Assembly: GCA_965261395.1 (NCBI GenBank)
Contig: OZ253462.1
Span: 5,824,001-5,888,000, forward strand
DNA: 64,000 nucleotides
Direction of reading: 5' to 3'
Origin: Candidatus Latescibacterota bacterium
GTDB lineage: Bacteria > Latescibacterota > UBA2968 > UBA8231
Positions 63,901-64,000 of the stretch are shown here, piece by piece. The position numbers and the translations under genes are program-made. Numbering within the stretch: position 1 is the first letter of the stretch; every line of letters begins with the position of its first letter. The notes beneath the pieces are model-generated. The model searched no databases. It saw nothing but the letters and a program-made list of their open reading frames with translations, and was not told where the DNA came from.

Positions 63901-64000
63901 TGCTGTAAAGCGCTGTCCATCCAGACTAAGGCGTGTAATTGTCGCGAGGTGCGCTTCGGTCACCAACGCGCAGTCTGAGATGTTACTAATCTCGCCGAGG
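42978..64000 (-). CDS. Giant LRR/cadherin/Ig-like surface protein with metzincin domain and FlgD/T9SS-type C-terminus; frameshift at 57180-57189; open at window end
   Basis: ORFs of 2274 and 4735 aa share the same modules: CDRTPQV caps, LTTLP.GLFDGL LRRs, five internalin-like LRR + Big blocks, cadherin repeats (ATDADN..LTY...LDYETK) and a Calx-beta-like repeat. Also AHELGH..DL.H and a terminal NYPNPFN...WDGR...SGVY...LLLLK. Confidence 0.85.

Overview
This is a 64-kb bacterial accessory region with no rRNA, tRNA or CRISPR array. Its content (collagen, LRR, ankyrin, cadherin, YWTD and PD40 repeat proteins, FlgD/T9SS-type C-terminal domains, PhyH, CBM9-like and GHL10 genes) resembles an FCB-group or Poribacteria-like animal or sponge symbiont; that taxonomy is inference only. 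Left to right it holds five blocks. (1) 0.7-7.1 kb: an IS-damaged island between two vapBC-type modules. It carries a KAP NTPase fragment and a translationally coupled operon of ImmA/IrrE peptidase, a divergent thymidylate-synthase-fold protein, a dTMP-kinase/5-hmdU-DNA-kinase-helical-domain fusion and a second TS/dUMP-hydroxymethylase-like enzyme. This is the best candidate for an undescribed thymidine-modification or defence system. (2) 8.4-16.5 kb: higBA, three IS elements and a recombining array of blaI/blaR1 copies with a palindromic operator and a deletion-born chimeric gene. (3) 16.5-26.2 kb: metabolic genes. (4) 26.4-42.8 kb: five paralogous lipoproteins with a constant signal peptide, collagen stalk and exchangeable heads. 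They surround a 7-gene operon of pseudo-trypsin-FHA, ExbD-like vWA, FHA, MotA/ExbB, FHA, PP2C and Ser/Thr kinase-ankyrin. (5) 43-64 kb: a giant (about 7,000 aa or more, open at the window end) LRR/cadherin/Ig surface protein split by loss of one 5-bp repeat unit. All family calls come from motif recognition by eye, not database searches.
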